Origin: Marmoricola sp.
GTDB lineage: Bacteria > Actinomycetota > Actinomycetes > Propionibacteriales > Nocardioidaceae
Length of the DNA: 64,000 bases
NCBI GenBank assembly: GCA_025965195.1
Contig: JAOPXK010000112.1
Location: 6 to 64,005, forward strand
Direction of reading: 5' to 3'
Of the stretch, positions 43,598-53,918 are shown piece by piece. Within the stretch, counting starts at the first letter, position 1, and each line of letters begins with the position of its first letter. A program made the translations under genes and the position numbers. Under the pieces are notes generated by a model, which searched no databases, had not been told where the DNA came from, and worked only from the letters and a program-made list of their open reading frames with translations.

Positions 43598-45249
43598 CAG
43601 GCGAGCGCTCGCTCTTCGTTGGCCTTGGTCTCCATCGCGAGCTCCTTGGCACGTGGGTACTGCGCCTTGCCTGTCGCGTTGCGCGGGATCTCCGCCACGA
43701 TCGTGAGTGCGCGCGGCAGCTTGTACCCCGACAGCGACGGCCGCAGGAAGTCACGCAGCTCCTCGAGGACCACGGTCGCGTTCTCACGTGGCTGGACGAC
43801 GGCCGCCACGGCCTGGCCGTACTTCTCGTCCGGGATGCCGACGACGAGGCAGTCGTAGACGGCAGGGTGCGCCTTGATCGCCATCTCCACCTCTTCGGGG
43901 TAGACCTTCTCGCCACCGGTGTTCACGCAGTTCGAGCCGCGACCCAGGAGCGTGACCCGGCTGTCGGTCTCGATCCTGGCGAAGTCGCCGGGCACCGAGA
44001 ACCGCTCACCGTCGACCACGAGGAAGGTCGCTGCCGACTTCTCCGGGTCCCGGTAGTAGCCCACCGGCACCGAACCACCCCGGGCGAGACGACCCACCAC
44101 ACCGACGTTCGTGGCCATGTCGAGGACGTTGTTCTCGTCGTCGAGGACGACACTGTTGGGCCCGAGACCGATCACCGGGCCGTCGCTGCTGATCGCGTTC
44201 TTGTCCTGCAGGCCCATGCCCTGGAACCCGGTCTCCGAAGCGCCCACCGAGTCGGTGAAGACGCTGTTCGGGAACGCGGCCATCCAGCGCTCCTTGATGG
44301 GAGGGCTGAAGATCGCGGCACTGCTGGAGATCGCGAACAGGCTCGTGCCGTCGTACGCCGTTCCGGTTTCGGCCTTGCGCTCGAACTCCTCGATCAGCGG
44401 TCGCGCCATCGCGTCACCCGTCATGAAGATCAGCTGGACCTTGTTGGCCTCGATGATCTCCCAGGTGCGCTGGGCATCGAACTTCGGCTCGAGGATCGTC
44501 AGGTGACCGGCGAACAGGTGCATCAACAGGCCGGCCTGGGCACCGCCGTGCATCAGCGGGCTGAGCGGGAAGGTGACCATCCGGCCGTCCTGCTTCGCCT
44601 GCTCGGACTGGTCGAACTCCTCCAGCGGCGCACCGGTGTAGAAGTCGATGCCGCCGCCGAGCACCCTCCAGAAGTCTTCGTGCCGCCACATCACGCCCTT
44701 GGGGAACCCGGTGGTGCCGCCGGTGTAGATGATGTGCAGGTCGTCGGCGCTTCGCGGACCGAAGTCACGCTCCGCGCTCTGGTCCGCGACCGCGTCCTCG
44801 AGCAGCACGCCGCCGTACGACGAGACGTCCTCGGTGCCGTCGGGCTCGATCACGTCCGGTATCACCACGATCGTCTTCAGCTTCTCGTGCTTGGCAACGC
44901 ACTTCGCGACCAGGGGCGCATAGGAGCGCTCGTGGATCAGGGCCACCACGTCGGCGTTCTCGAAGAGGTAGTTCAGCTCGCCCTCGACGTAGCGGTAGTT
45001 GACGTTGATGTTGACGGCACGGATCTTGACCACCGCGAGAACCGCGACAACGTGTTCGATGCTGTTCTTGGCGTAGACGGCGACATGGTCACCGGGCTGC
45101 ACGCCCTGTGCGGTCAGATAGTGAGCGAGACGATTGGACTCGGTCTCGAGCTCGGCATAGCTGATCACCCGGTCGCCCACCTTGACGGCAGGTTTCTCTG
45201 GCGCAGCGTCGACGGCGTGCTCGAAAAGGTCAGCAATATTCAGGGCCAC
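43597..45249 (-). CDS. fadD19: steroid acyl-CoA ligase
   Basis: MALNIADLFEHAVDA, YTGGTTGFPKGVMWRHED and NTGGEKVYPEEVE; divergent from echA19. Confidence 0.9.
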   Translation of the reverse strand: MALNIADLFEHAVDAAPEKPAVKVGDRVISYAELETESNRLAHYLTAQGVQPGDHVAVYAKNSIEHVVAVLAVVKIRAVNINVNYRYVEGELNYLFENADVVALIHERSYAPLVAKCVAKHEKLKTIVVIPDVIEPDGTEDVSSYGGVLLEDAVADQSAERDFGPRSADDLHIIYTGGTTGFPKGVMWRHEDFWRVLGGGIDFYTGAPLEEFDQSEQAKQDGRMVTFPLSPLMHGGAQAGLLMHLFAGHLTILEPKFDAQRTWEIIEANKVQLIFMTGDAMARPLIEEFERKAETGTAYDGTSLFAISSSAAIFSPPIKERWMAAFPNSVFTDSVGASETGFQGMGLQDKNAISSDGPVIGLGPNSVVLDDENNVLDMATNVGVVGRLARGGSVPVGYYRDPEKSAATFLVVDGERFSVPGDFARIETDSRVTLLGRGSNCVNTGGEKVYPEEVEMAIKAHPAVYDCLVVGIPDEKYGQAVAAVVQPRENATVVLEELRDFLRPSLSGYKLPRALTIVAEIPRNATGKAQYPRAKELAMETKANEERALA

Positions 45250-45260
45250 GCGCCCGAGAC

Positions 45261-45274
45261 TAGAACACGTTCTC
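45261..45274. promoter_or_regulatory. KstR-type operator (fadD19 / echA19)
   Basis: TAGAACACGTTCTC, one mismatch to TnnAACnnGTTnnA. Confidence 0.8.
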
Positions 45275-45296
45275 GTTCTTGGCTAGGCTGAAACGC

Positions 45297-46097
45297 ATGT
45301 CTGAAGCCGCTGAATCACCCCACTGCCTGGTCGAGCTCGAGGGCCACACCCTGGTCGTCACGATGAACCGCCCGACGGCGCGCAACGCGTTGTCCGGCGA
45401 GATGCTCGCGATCATGTCCGACGCCTGGGACCGGGTGAACTCCGATGTCGACGTACGCGTGGTGATCCTGACGGGAGCGGGCGGCTACTTCTGCGCCGGG
45501 GCGGACCTGAAGGCGATGTCGAAGTCCGCACCGTCCGACAGCTTCGAGTCCGGAGCGTTCGACCCGGCCTACATCAAGTCGCTGCTCAAGGGTTTCCGCC
45601 TGACCAAGCCCCTCATCGCGGCGGTCGAGGGACCCGCCATCGCCGGGGGCACCGAGATCCTGCAGGCCACCGACATCCGGGTCGCGGGCGAGTCCGCTCG
45701 GTTCGGGGTCTCGGAGCCGAAGTGGGGCCTCTATCCGCTCGGCGGGTCCGCGGTACGGCTCCCCCGCCAGATTCCGTACACGGTCGCCGCCGAGCTCCTG
45801 CTCACCGGCCGGCACATCACCGCTGCCGAGGCGCTGTCCTATGGGCTGATCGGCCACGTCGTGCCCGACGGGTCCGCCCTCGAGAAGGCGCACGAGATCG
45901 CGGCCGTGATCAGTGCCAACGGGCCGGTCGCGGTGCAGGCCGTGCTGAAGACCATCCGCGACAGCGAGGGCAAGCACGAGAACGACTGCTGGAAGGACGA
46001 CGCCCGCGTCGGTGCCGCCGTCTTCGCCTCCAACGACGCGAAGGAAGGCCCCCGCGCGTTCGCCGAGAAGCGGAAGCCTCGATTCACCGGGTCCTAG
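45297..46097 (+). CDS. echA19: enoyl-CoA hydratase
   Basis: [33 protein letters not shown] and [11 protein letters not shown]; TAGGCT -10 just upstream; synteny with fadD19. Confidence 0.88.
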   Translation: MSEAAESPHCLVELEGHTLVVTMNRPTARNALSGEMLAIMSDAWDRVNSDVDVRVVILTGAGGYFCAGADLKAMSKSAPSDSFESGAFDPAYIKSLLKGFRLTKPLIAAVEGPAIAGGTEILQATDIRVAGESARFGVSEPKWGLYPLGGSAVRLPRQIPYTVAAELLLTGRHITAAEALSYGLIGHVVPDGSALEKAHEIAAVISANGPVAVQAVLKTIRDSEGKHENDCWKDDARVGAAVFASNDAKEGPRAFAEKRKPRFTGS

Positions 46098-47047
46098 CTC
46101 GCGCCGACCACGATGGTCAGCGGCGGCAGCTTGCGTCCGCCGTACCCGACGGTCTCCTTGCCGATGGTCAACGTCGACCGCGAGCCGGCCGTCAGCCGGC
46201 TGAGGGAGTCGTCGAGTGAGATGTTCCCGCGTTCCCTCCTGCGACGCCGCTCGGAGATGATCCCGAACCAGGCGTAGTACGCGATGCCGGCGTCGAGCAG
46301 CAGAAAGGCCAGACCGAGCAAGGCCACCGTCACGTAGGCGTGCCCGCCGACCAGGTAGGCGCTGTCGTCGCCCCCGAGCGGGTCGTTGACCACGGTCCAC
46401 CGCTGCCCCTCGTGGGGGGTGTTGCCCTCGGCGTCGGCTGCGCCATCACTGGTCTGCAACCGATAGATGGTCCCGCCGCCACCGCGGCCGGAGACCGGTT
46501 GGGTGTAGCTGGTGAACGTCGCGTCCTTGCCGATGGTCACCACGTGGCCACCCCGCCCGTGGTTGCCTTCGTACGTCGGCCACACGTTGACAGCAGTCGC
46601 AGCGACCATCCCGGTGAAGACCAGGAAAGCGGTGAGCACCCCGAACCCGACGTAGCCGGTCCTCCGGAGCGCCGGGAGCAGACCGGCGACCGCGTCACCG
46701 CCACTCACGACGTTCAGTGGGGCGGCCGGCCCGATCTCCGGCACGATCAGCGCAGCGGCCTTGCCGGCGCGGCCGACGACCCGCAGCGCGGTCTGGGCGG
46801 CAAGAGCCAGACCCGCCACCACGAGCAGGATGATGAACCCGGGCGAGGCGTCAGCGTCGACGCGGTCCCATTGCGCGGATCCTTCCGGTGTGGACCTCTC
46901 GACAGTGAGGACGAACGCTCCCCACAACAGGCAGCCGAACAGCGCGAACCGCCACAGGAACCTCAGATCCCGGCCGATCCGCACCAGCCGCACCAGGGTG
47001 CGGGCGTCCACATCGAAGTCGCGCCCCACCGGGTTCAGCTGAGTCAC
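46094..47047 (-). CDS. membrane protein of unknown function
   Basis: About four hydrophobic segments with a soluble loop; its stop overlaps the echA19 stop in CTAG; divergent from the LuxR-ATPase. Confidence 0.65.
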   Translation of the reverse strand: MTQLNPVGRDFDVDARTLVRLVRIGRDLRFLWRFALFGCLLWGAFVLTVERSTPEGSAQWDRVDADASPGFIILLVVAGLALAAQTALRVVGRAGKAAALIVPEIGPAAPLNVVSGGDAVAGLLPALRRTGYVGFGVLTAFLVFTGMVAATAVNVWPTYEGNHGRGGHVVTIGKDATFTSYTQPVSGRGGGGTIYRLQTSDGAADAEGNTPHEGQRWTVVNDPLGGDDSAYLVGGHAYVTVALLGLAFLLLDAGIAYYAWFGIISERRRRRERGNISLDDSLSRLTAGSRSTLTIGKETVGYGGRKLPPLTIVVGAS

Positions 47048-47094
47048 GGATCCACTTTCTCATTTGCGGTGATAACGGACCTAGACTTCACGAC

Positions 47095-49668
47095 GTGGAA
47101 CTGCTCGAACGAGAACGTTTCCTCGAGGCGCTGACCGAGTATGCGGCGGAGGCGGTGGATGGCCACGGCCGTTTCGTGATGGTCACTGGCGAGCACGGGA
47201 TCGGCAAGACCTCCTTGATCGACACCTTCCGTGAGCTGCACGGCGAACTGCGCTGGCTCTGGGGAGCGTGTGACGGAAGCTTCACGCCACACCCGCTCGC
47301 ACCTCTCTACGAGATCGCCCAGGACATCGGTGGTCCCCTGCTCGAGCTGTGTCGGTCAGACGCCGATCGTCGGGCGATCTTCGCCGCCTTCCTCGACGAG
47401 CTCGAGTCGTCCGATCAGCCGACGGCGGTCGTCGTGGAGGACCTGCACTGGTCGGACGAGTCCACGCTCGACTGGTTGCTCCATCTCGCTCGCCGGATCG
47501 GTAAGACGCGGACGCTGGTGATCGTGAGCTACCGCGACGACGGCCTGCTCGCCGACAGCGCACTGCGGACCGCCATCGCCCAGATCGTGACGCACCGGTC
47601 GACCAGCCGGCTCTCCCTGCTGCCGCTCTCGGCCGACGGCGTACGGCGTCTTGCTGCCGGTGACGGCTTCGAGGCCGAGCGACTCCACGAGCTGACCGGA
47701 GGCAACCCCTTCTACCTCACCGAGGTCCTGGCCGCCGGCCTGGATGAAGTGCCACAGAACGTCGCCGACGTGGTGACGGCCCGCGCGGCAACGCTGTCCG
47801 AGGCTGCGCAGACGATGCTGCAGGCAGCCGCGGTCCTCGGGCGACCCAGCGCGCTGGAGCTGCTGGCCGCCGTCGGAGACGTGGACCCCGCGGTCCTCGA
47901 CGAGTGCCTCACCGCTGGCGCGCTGGTCGGCACGACTGGCCACTACGGTTTCCGGCATGAGCTGAGCCGACAGGCAGTGGAGTACTCCATTCCTGATCAT
48001 CGGCGTACCCAGCTGCACGCGGCGGCTCTCAGGCTGATCCAGAGCGGGCCGGGAGCCAGCGACCACGCGCGTCTCGCGTTTCACGCCGATGGCGCCAACA
48101 GCCGCGCTGCCGCGGTGCGCCACGCGTCCATCGCTGCGCGCAAGGCGGCACAGCTCTCCTCGCATCGTGAGGCGATCGCTCAGTACGAGCGCGCGCTCCG
48201 GTTCGCCGAGGAGGCCGACGTCGAAACCCGGGCCACCCTCCTCGAGGGACTCTCCGAGTCCCTGTCCCTGCGAGATCGCTGGGAGGAGGCGAGCATCCAC
48301 CGCGAGGCGGCGCTCGGTCTCCGCCGTCAGCTCGGTGATCCGGAGGCCGTCAGCAAGAACCTGCGTGCCCAGGCATCCTGCCTCTGGCGACTCTGCCGGG
48401 GCGACGAAGCCCAGCGGGCGTCCGACGAGTCGTTTCAGCTGATGGCCGGCGCTCCCGACTCCTTGGAGAAGGGCTGGGCGCTGACGTCGTACGCCGCCGG
48501 ATGGCTCGATGACCCGGCGGAGTCGCTGAGGCTTGCCACCACGGGCCTCGCACTCGCGGAACACCACGGAGACGGTCCGCTTCGAGCACGTGCGCTCGCG
48601 ACGATCGGCTACCAGAAGTTCAACCTGGGTGACGAAGGCTGGACGGAGATGGAGCAGTCACTCCGCATCGCGGCTGACGTCGGATCCGCCCCGGCGGTCA
48701 CACACGGCTACGTCAACCTCTACGAGGCCGCCGTCGGCCACCTGCGCGAGAAGGACTATGAGTGGTGCTTCACCGAGGGCATGGCCGCTGGTCGCGACAA
48801 CGACCTGAACGTCTACACGATCTGTCTGCGGGGTTCCCGGGCAATCGTGTTGATGCGCAGGGGACAGCTCGCCGAGGCGATTGAACTCAGCACCAGGACT
48901 CTCGCTGAGGAGATGTCAGCGATCAATCGCATGCACCTGCTGATCCCGCTCGCGCTGTCCCTCGCCAGGCAGGGCGAGCCCGCCGCTCTCGGCCACCTCC
49001 GCGAGGCACGGGTTCTCGGTGACGCCAGCGGCGACGCCGAGTGGATCATCCAGATCGCGGCAGCTCACGCACAGGTCGCCTGGCTCACCGGGGACGGCGG
49101 CCTCGTCGACGAGGCCATGATCGGCGTACTCGACCGCGGTGAGCTCCAGGACCCCTGGCATCGAGGCGCATTCGCCGTCTGGCTGCAACGGATCGGGCGT
49201 CTGGACCGCGAGCTTGGCACCGTGCCGCCGCCCTACGGCCTCGAGCTCGCCGGCGACAACCTCGGCGCAGCCGACGCCTGGCGGGCGCTGGGCTGCCCGT
49301 TCGATGAGGCGTCGGCGCTGTTCTTCTCCGGCAGTCCTGAGGCCCTGAAGCGCGCCCACCAGATCTTCTCCGACCTCGGGGCGGTTCCTGCGACTGCGCT
49401 CGCTCGCCAGGCCCTGCGTGAGGCCGGCGAGCGACCACCGCGTGGCGCACGTACGACGACCCGGGCGCATCCGCACGGGCTGACCGCCCGAGAGGCAGAG
49501 GTGCTCGAACTCGTCCGGGAGCGGATCTCCAACAAGGAGATCGCGGAACGGCTGTTCATCTCCGAGCGGACCGTGGACCACCATGTCGCAGCGGTGCTCG
49601 CAAAGCTCGGAGTCGCATCACGAGCAGAGGCGTCGAAGGCGACCGCGAGCGTGTCGATCCGCAAGTAG
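47095..49668 (+). CDS. large ATP-binding LuxR-family regulator (AAA ATPase + TPR-like + LuxR HTH)
   Basis: Walker A GEHGIGKT, Walker B VVVEDLHW, GGNPFYL, FRHEL and C-terminal LTAREAEVLELV...ISERTVDHHVAAVLAKLG. Confidence 0.92.
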   Translation: MELLERERFLEALTEYAAEAVDGHGRFVMVTGEHGIGKTSLIDTFRELHGELRWLWGACDGSFTPHPLAPLYEIAQDIGGPLLELCRSDADRRAIFAAFLDELESSDQPTAVVVEDLHWSDESTLDWLLHLARRIGKTRTLVIVSYRDDGLLADSALRTAIAQIVTHRSTSRLSLLPLSADGVRRLAAGDGFEAERLHELTGGNPFYLTEVLAAGLDEVPQNVADVVTARAATLSEAAQTMLQAAAVLGRPSALELLAAVGDVDPAVLDECLTAGALVGTTGHYGFRHELSRQAVEYSIPDHRRTQLHAAALRLIQSGPGASDHARLAFHADGANSRAAAVRHASIAARKAAQLSSHREAIAQYERALRFAEEADVETRATLLEGLSESLSLRDRWEEASIHREAALGLRRQLGDPEAVSKNLRAQASCLWRLCRGDEAQRASDESFQLMAGAPDSLEKGWALTSYAAGWLDDPAESLRLATTGLALAEHHGDGPLRARALATIGYQKFNLGDEGWTEMEQSLRIAADVGSAPAVTHGYVNLYEAAVGHLREKDYEWCFTEGMAAGRDNDLNVYTICLRGSRAIVLMRRGQLAEAIELSTRTLAEEMSAINRMHLLIPLALSLARQGEPAALGHLREARVLGDASGDAEWIIQIAAAHAQVAWLTGDGGLVDEAMIGVLDRGELQDPWHRGAFAVWLQRIGRLDRELGTVPPPYGLELAGDNLGAADAWRALGCPFDEASALFFSGSPEALKRAHQIFSDLGAVPATALARQALREAGERPPRGARTTTRAHPHGLTAREAEVLELVRERISNKEIAERLFISERTVDHHVAAVLAKLGVASRAEASKATASVSIRK

Positions 49669-49782
49669 GCACCGCCCGGGCGAAACCTGGGCACCAGGCA
49701 CCGATTCGCTGCAACTCTCGCCTTCCTAGCGTGATGGGTGTGCTCGACCGAGCGCATCCCCTCGCCAGGAAAGGCTGTTCCG

Positions 49783-50034
49783 ATGCCCCTCTTCATGGAT
49801 GTCCACACGCTCGCCGGTGGTGTCTCCACCGATGACGTTGCCAAGGCCCACCAGGCCGACCTGCAGACCCAGGACAGTCACGACGTGCAGTACCTGCGCT
49901 ACTGGGTCAACGAGGCAGAGGGCAAGATCTTCTGCCTGGTCGACGCCCCCTCGGCCGACGCCGCCAACACCGTGCACCGCGAGGCCCACGGCCTGGTGGC
50001 CGACGAGATCTACCCGGTCCAGGAAGGCACCTGA
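49783..50034 (+). CDS. DUF4242 / SCO4226-like small metal-binding protein
   Basis: MPLFMDVH, AHQADL, YLRYWV, KIFCLVDAP and HREAHGLVADEIYPV. Confidence 0.85.
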   Translation: MPLFMDVHTLAGGVSTDDVAKAHQADLQTQDSHDVQYLRYWVNEAEGKIFCLVDAPSADAANTVHREAHGLVADEIYPVQEGT

Positions 50035-50036
50035 GG

Positions 50037-51209
50037 TCAGAGAACCATCAGCGGCAGGCTTCGCCTTGGCTGGAAGGCGAAGCCTGCTCCGGTGCTGAGC
50101 TTCGCAAGCTGCACAGGGTCCGCCTCAGGCTGGGTCGTGCCGGTGTCGACGACGCGTACGACGAGAGCGTCTTCGTCATCCTGGACGACCTCGACCACCA
50201 GGGTCTCGCCGATGCCGCGAACCATGGCATTGAGCGGAGCCAGGTGGTCGGAGTCGACCAGGGAGAGCCAGCCGCCATCTCGCACCGCGGGGCTGTCGCG
50301 AGGGATCCGAAGCGTGTCACGGTCCAAGGACACGCCGGTGTAGGCCGTCGGCAGCAACACCGGATGGATCGCCAGGACGGACTCGACATCAGGGAGCTCG
50401 AAGGCGGCTCGGAGCCGTTCCGACGTCAGGCCGGCAACGCCGGTGACCTGGCGCAGGCCCAACTGGCGGGCATTCTCCGGGTTGGTTCGCGCGCGCACGG
50501 CCTGGAGGAATCCCAGCCCGATCAGGTGCCACTGCAGTGCGACCTCGGCAGCGAGCACGGTCAACAGCTCGGCCGGCATCGCGGTGAAGTCGATGTCGGC
50601 AAGGAGCTCTGACGCAGTCGCCGCCGCTGTCGGCAACGCGATGCCGGCGGCCTCGGATCCCTGCAGGGCAACGGCTTCGGCCGGAAACGGCAGCTCCTCG
50701 ACGTCGGGGTCGATCGTGACCGTCCAGCCGCAGTGCGGGTGCCGGTCGGCGGGCATCCGCGGCGGTCGGTGGATCGGCCGGATCCGGGCACGCGGGTTGG
50801 TCGCGATCGCGGTCGCGTCGAACGTCGGGTCCTCGATGTCGTGGCACATCGAGGAGACGAACTCCTCGCCCATCGGCTCGACGTCCATCAGCGCGCCGCA
50901 GTGCGCGAGCTCGAACTGACCGTGCTGCTCGTCGTGCACCGTGAAGCGGAAGTCCATGAACTGGGGCGGCGCTCCGACGTCGATCTGCAGACAGCGGAAC
51001 ATGTCCGTCACTCCGTCGCCGGTCAGGCCCAGGGCGGCGCGCATCCGTCGTGTGTAGATCGGGCTGGCCGCCATCCATTCCTCGATGGCGACCTCGGCCA
51101 TGCCTTCGCGCCCGAAGGCCTCGATCGCGTACGGCATCCCGGCGCGGTCGATCAGGTGCCCGCAGAGCAGGTACTCCGGCAGCAGCCGCGCCAGCTCGGT
51201 CTGGTCCAT
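50037..51209 (-). CDS. conserved hypothetical protein with internal two-domain duplication
   Basis: Starts 1 nt after the fadD8 stop; conserved-looking core EEWMAASPIYT, DVGAPPQFMDFRF, HCGAL, MCHDIEDPTFDATA and HPHC. Confidence 0.75.
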   Translation of the reverse strand: MDQTELARLLPEYLLCGHLIDRAGMPYAIEAFGREGMAEVAIEEWMAASPIYTRRMRAALGLTGDGVTDMFRCLQIDVGAPPQFMDFRFTVHDEQHGQFELAHCGALMDVEPMGEEFVSSMCHDIEDPTFDATAIATNPRARIRPIHRPPRMPADRHPHCGWTVTIDPDVEELPFPAEAVALQGSEAAGIALPTAAATASELLADIDFTAMPAELLTVLAAEVALQWHLIGLGFLQAVRARTNPENARQLGLRQVTGVAGLTSERLRAAFELPDVESVLAIHPVLLPTAYTGVSLDRDTLRIPRDSPAVRDGGWLSLVDSDHLAPLNAMVRGIGETLVVEVVQDDEDALVVRVVDTGTTQPEADPVQLAKLSTGAGFAFQPRRSLPLMVL

Positions 51210-51210
51210 C

Positions 51211-52833
51211 TCAGACCGACCGGTCGTGACCCTGCCAGTAGGTCGCGCGCAGCGCCTTCTTGTCCGGCTTTCCCAAGCCCGTAAGGGGAAGCGCATCAGC
51301 GATGATCACCTGTTTCGGTGACTGCACCGCACCCTTGCGGTCCTTCACCGCAGCCTGGATCTCGGCGGTCATCGTGGCGATGGATGCGTCGTCGCGGGGA
51401 GCGTCGGCACGGAGCACGACGATCGCGGTGACCGCCTCACCCCACTTCTCGTCGGGTACGCCGATCACGCCGACCTGTGCGACCGACGGGTGCTCGGCAA
51501 CGACATCCTCGACCTCGCGCGGGAACACGTTGAAGCCGCCGGTGACGATCATGTCCTTGGTGCGGTCGACGATGAACCAGAAACCGTCCTCGTCCTCACG
51601 AGCGACATCGCCGGTGTGCATCCAACCGTCCCGAAACGTCTCGGCCGTTGCGTCCGGGAGATTCCAGTAGCCACCTGCGAGCAGCGGGCCGGCGACACAG
51701 ATCTCGCCCGGCTCGCCGACTGCGACCGGCTTGCCGTCCTCGCCGAGCAGAGCCGTCCGCAGCAGCGCCGACGGCCGGCCGCACGAGGAGAGCCGGGCCT
51801 GGTCGTGGTCACCCTTCGCCAGGTAGCTGATCACCATCGGCGCCTCGGACTGGCCGTAGTACTGCGCGAAGATCGGACCGAACCGCTCGATCGCCTCGGC
51901 CAGTCGGACCGGGTTGATCGCGGAAGCGCCGTAGTAGACCGTCTCCAGCGAGGACAGGTCACGGGTCTTGGAGTCGGGGTGGTCCATCAATGCGTAGAGC
52001 ATGGACGGCACCAGCATCGTGGCCGTGATCTTCTGCTCCTCGATCGTCCGGAGCACCTCTGCCGGGTCGAACTTCGCGAGCACGAAGAGCGAACCACCCT
52101 TGATCACGGTCGGCACGAAGAACGCCGCGCCGGCGTGCGAGAGCGGCGTGCACATCAGGAAGCGTGGCGACTCCGGCCACTCCCACTCGGCGAGCTGGAC
52201 CTGGGTCATCGTGGACATCGCCTGGGACGTGCCGACGACGCCCTTGGGCTTCCCGGTGGTGCCACCGGTGTAGGTGATCGACACGATGTGGTCGGGCCGC
52301 AGCAGCACTGCCTCGAGCGGCTTCGGCTCGAACGTGGCGGCCGTCGCCGAGAGGTCCTTGCCGATGTGGGCCAGCTCGTCCGGGACCGGCCCGATCGTGA
52401 GCACCTGCTCGAGGGCCGGGACCCTCTCGAGGAGCCCGAGGGCACGCTCGATGAACATCGGCACCGGGTCGATGATCAGCGTCGTGATCCCCGCGTCGTT
52501 GAGCACATAGGCGTGGTCGTCCAGCGAGCCGAGCGGATGCAACGACGTACGCCGGTAGCCCTGGGTCTGACCGGCGCCGAGGATGAACAGGACCTCGGGA
52601 CGGTTCAGCGCGAGCAGCGCGGCGGCAGTCCCCTGGCCGGCACCCAGCGCCTCGAAGGCCTGCACGTACTGGCTGATCCGGGCCTCGGTCTCGCCACCGG
52701 TCAAGGTGGTGTCGCCGAGGAACATCACCGGTTTCTTCCGGTGCCGCTTCAGCGCCGCGACCATCAGGTGGCCGTTGTGCGTCCCTACGCGCAGGGTGTC
52801 GCTGGCGGGCATGGACTGCGCGGGTTCGGTCAT
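51211..52833 (-). CDS. fadD8: fatty-acid/steroid CoA ligase, FadD8-like
   Basis: THNGHLMVAALKRH, YTGGTTGKPKG, YGQSE, HTGDVA and TGGFNVFPREVE; N-terminus matches FadD8 as recalled. Confidence 0.78.
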   Translation of the reverse strand: MTEPAQSMPASDTLRVGTHNGHLMVAALKRHRKKPVMFLGDTTLTGGETEARISQYVQAFEALGAGQGTAAALLALNRPEVLFILGAGQTQGYRRTSLHPLGSLDDHAYVLNDAGITTLIIDPVPMFIERALGLLERVPALEQVLTIGPVPDELAHIGKDLSATAATFEPKPLEAVLLRPDHIVSITYTGGTTGKPKGVVGTSQAMSTMTQVQLAEWEWPESPRFLMCTPLSHAGAAFFVPTVIKGGSLFVLAKFDPAEVLRTIEEQKITATMLVPSMLYALMDHPDSKTRDLSSLETVYYGASAINPVRLAEAIERFGPIFAQYYGQSEAPMVISYLAKGDHDQARLSSCGRPSALLRTALLGEDGKPVAVGEPGEICVAGPLLAGGYWNLPDATAETFRDGWMHTGDVAREDEDGFWFIVDRTKDMIVTGGFNVFPREVEDVVAEHPSVAQVGVIGVPDEKWGEAVTAIVVLRADAPRDDASIATMTAEIQAAVKDRKGAVQSPKQVIIADALPLTGLGKPDKKALRATYWQGHDRSV

Positions 52834-52843
52834 GCAGCGAGAC

Positions 52844-52857
52844 TAGAACGTGTTACA
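52844..52857. promoter_or_regulatory. KstR-type operator upstream of fadD8
   Basis: TAGAACGTGTTACA, perfect TnnAACnnGTTnnA. Confidence 0.85.
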
Positions 52858-52877
52858 GAAACAGGCAATCATCCCCG

Positions 52878-53789
52878 TCAGCGCGTCTCCTGAATCCGGG
52901 TCAGCTGTCGCGCCTGCTCACGGAGGTAGTCGCTGGCCGACTTAGCCTTGATCCCGCGCTCCTGCAGCGGCCCGTCGTCCCAGCGCGCCTCGTGCAGGTC
53001 CTGGAGAAGGCCGGCGCCGAAGACAGAAGCCAGTGCGTCGTTCGGCCTGTTCAGCAGCCGAATTCCGAGCCGGACAAGGGGCCGGGGCATCCGCGAGACC
53101 TTCATCCGGCGGCTGGTGAGCGCCTCCGCGAGAGCGACTGCCTCGTTTCGACTGATCGCCTCGGGGCCGCCGAACTCGATCACCGCGGGCGGATCGGGCT
53201 CCACCGCAACCCTGGCGACGAACGCCGCGACGTCGTCGGTGCTGACCCAGCGGCGGCGGCTGTCTCCCCTGCCGAAGACCGCCACCTCGCCCGCAGCCAT
53301 GTCGAAGCGGCCCAACGGTGCGAGGTGGATCTCCTGGAAGGCGTCCGGGCGCACTACGACCGACCGCATGGAGGACCTGCTCAGCAGGCGCTCGGTCGCC
53401 ACCTTGGCGCGTTCGAGTGGGGTTCCGAGTGCGGCATCCGCGCCGGCGAAGGAGAGGTAGACGAACCGCTCGACCCCTGCGGACTCGGCTTCCTCCACGA
53501 GGGACCGCATCCCGACCTCGTCGGCTTCGCGAATCGATGGCTTGCGTGTTCCGGCGAGCCTGCGGGCGATGACGGTCGCGGTGGCGATGACCGTCTGAGC
53601 TCCCTCGCACGCAGCGGCCAGGCCCAGGGGCTCGGTGAGGTCACCGTGAACCACACTGACGCCCAGCGCCCGAAGTCCGGCGTCCTCGGTGTCCCTGCGG
53701 ACCAGACATCGGACATCGTTTCCCTGCTCACACAGGAGTCGGACCACCCGGCCCCCCAGCTCTCCCGTCCCACCCACAACGAGCAACAT
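52878..53789 (-). CDS. NAD(P)-binding atypical SDR (NmrA-like)
   Basis: VGGTGELG, HGDL, VERFVYLS and WVSTDDVA motifs. Confidence 0.85.
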   Translation of the reverse strand: MLLVVGGTGELGGRVVRLLCEQGNDVRCLVRRDTEDAGLRALGVSVVHGDLTEPLGLAAACEGAQTVIATATVIARRLAGTRKPSIREADEVGMRSLVEEAESAGVERFVYLSFAGADAALGTPLERAKVATERLLSRSSMRSVVVRPDAFQEIHLAPLGRFDMAAGEVAVFGRGDSRRRWVSTDDVAAFVARVAVEPDPPAVIEFGGPEAISRNEAVALAEALTSRRMKVSRMPRPLVRLGIRLLNRPNDALASVFGAGLLQDLHEARWDDGPLQERGIKAKSASDYLREQARQLTRIQETR

Positions 53790-53918
53790 GTCGATCACCA
53801 CCTTCCGCATCGCGGGCAACAGCTGCCCGATGCCTTGCGGACGATGGTCGAACGCGGAGCGTCCCGGCCACCAGGGCGCTGGTTCCCGCCGCCACCGGGA
53901 ACCTTCCGCGCTCCCGGA

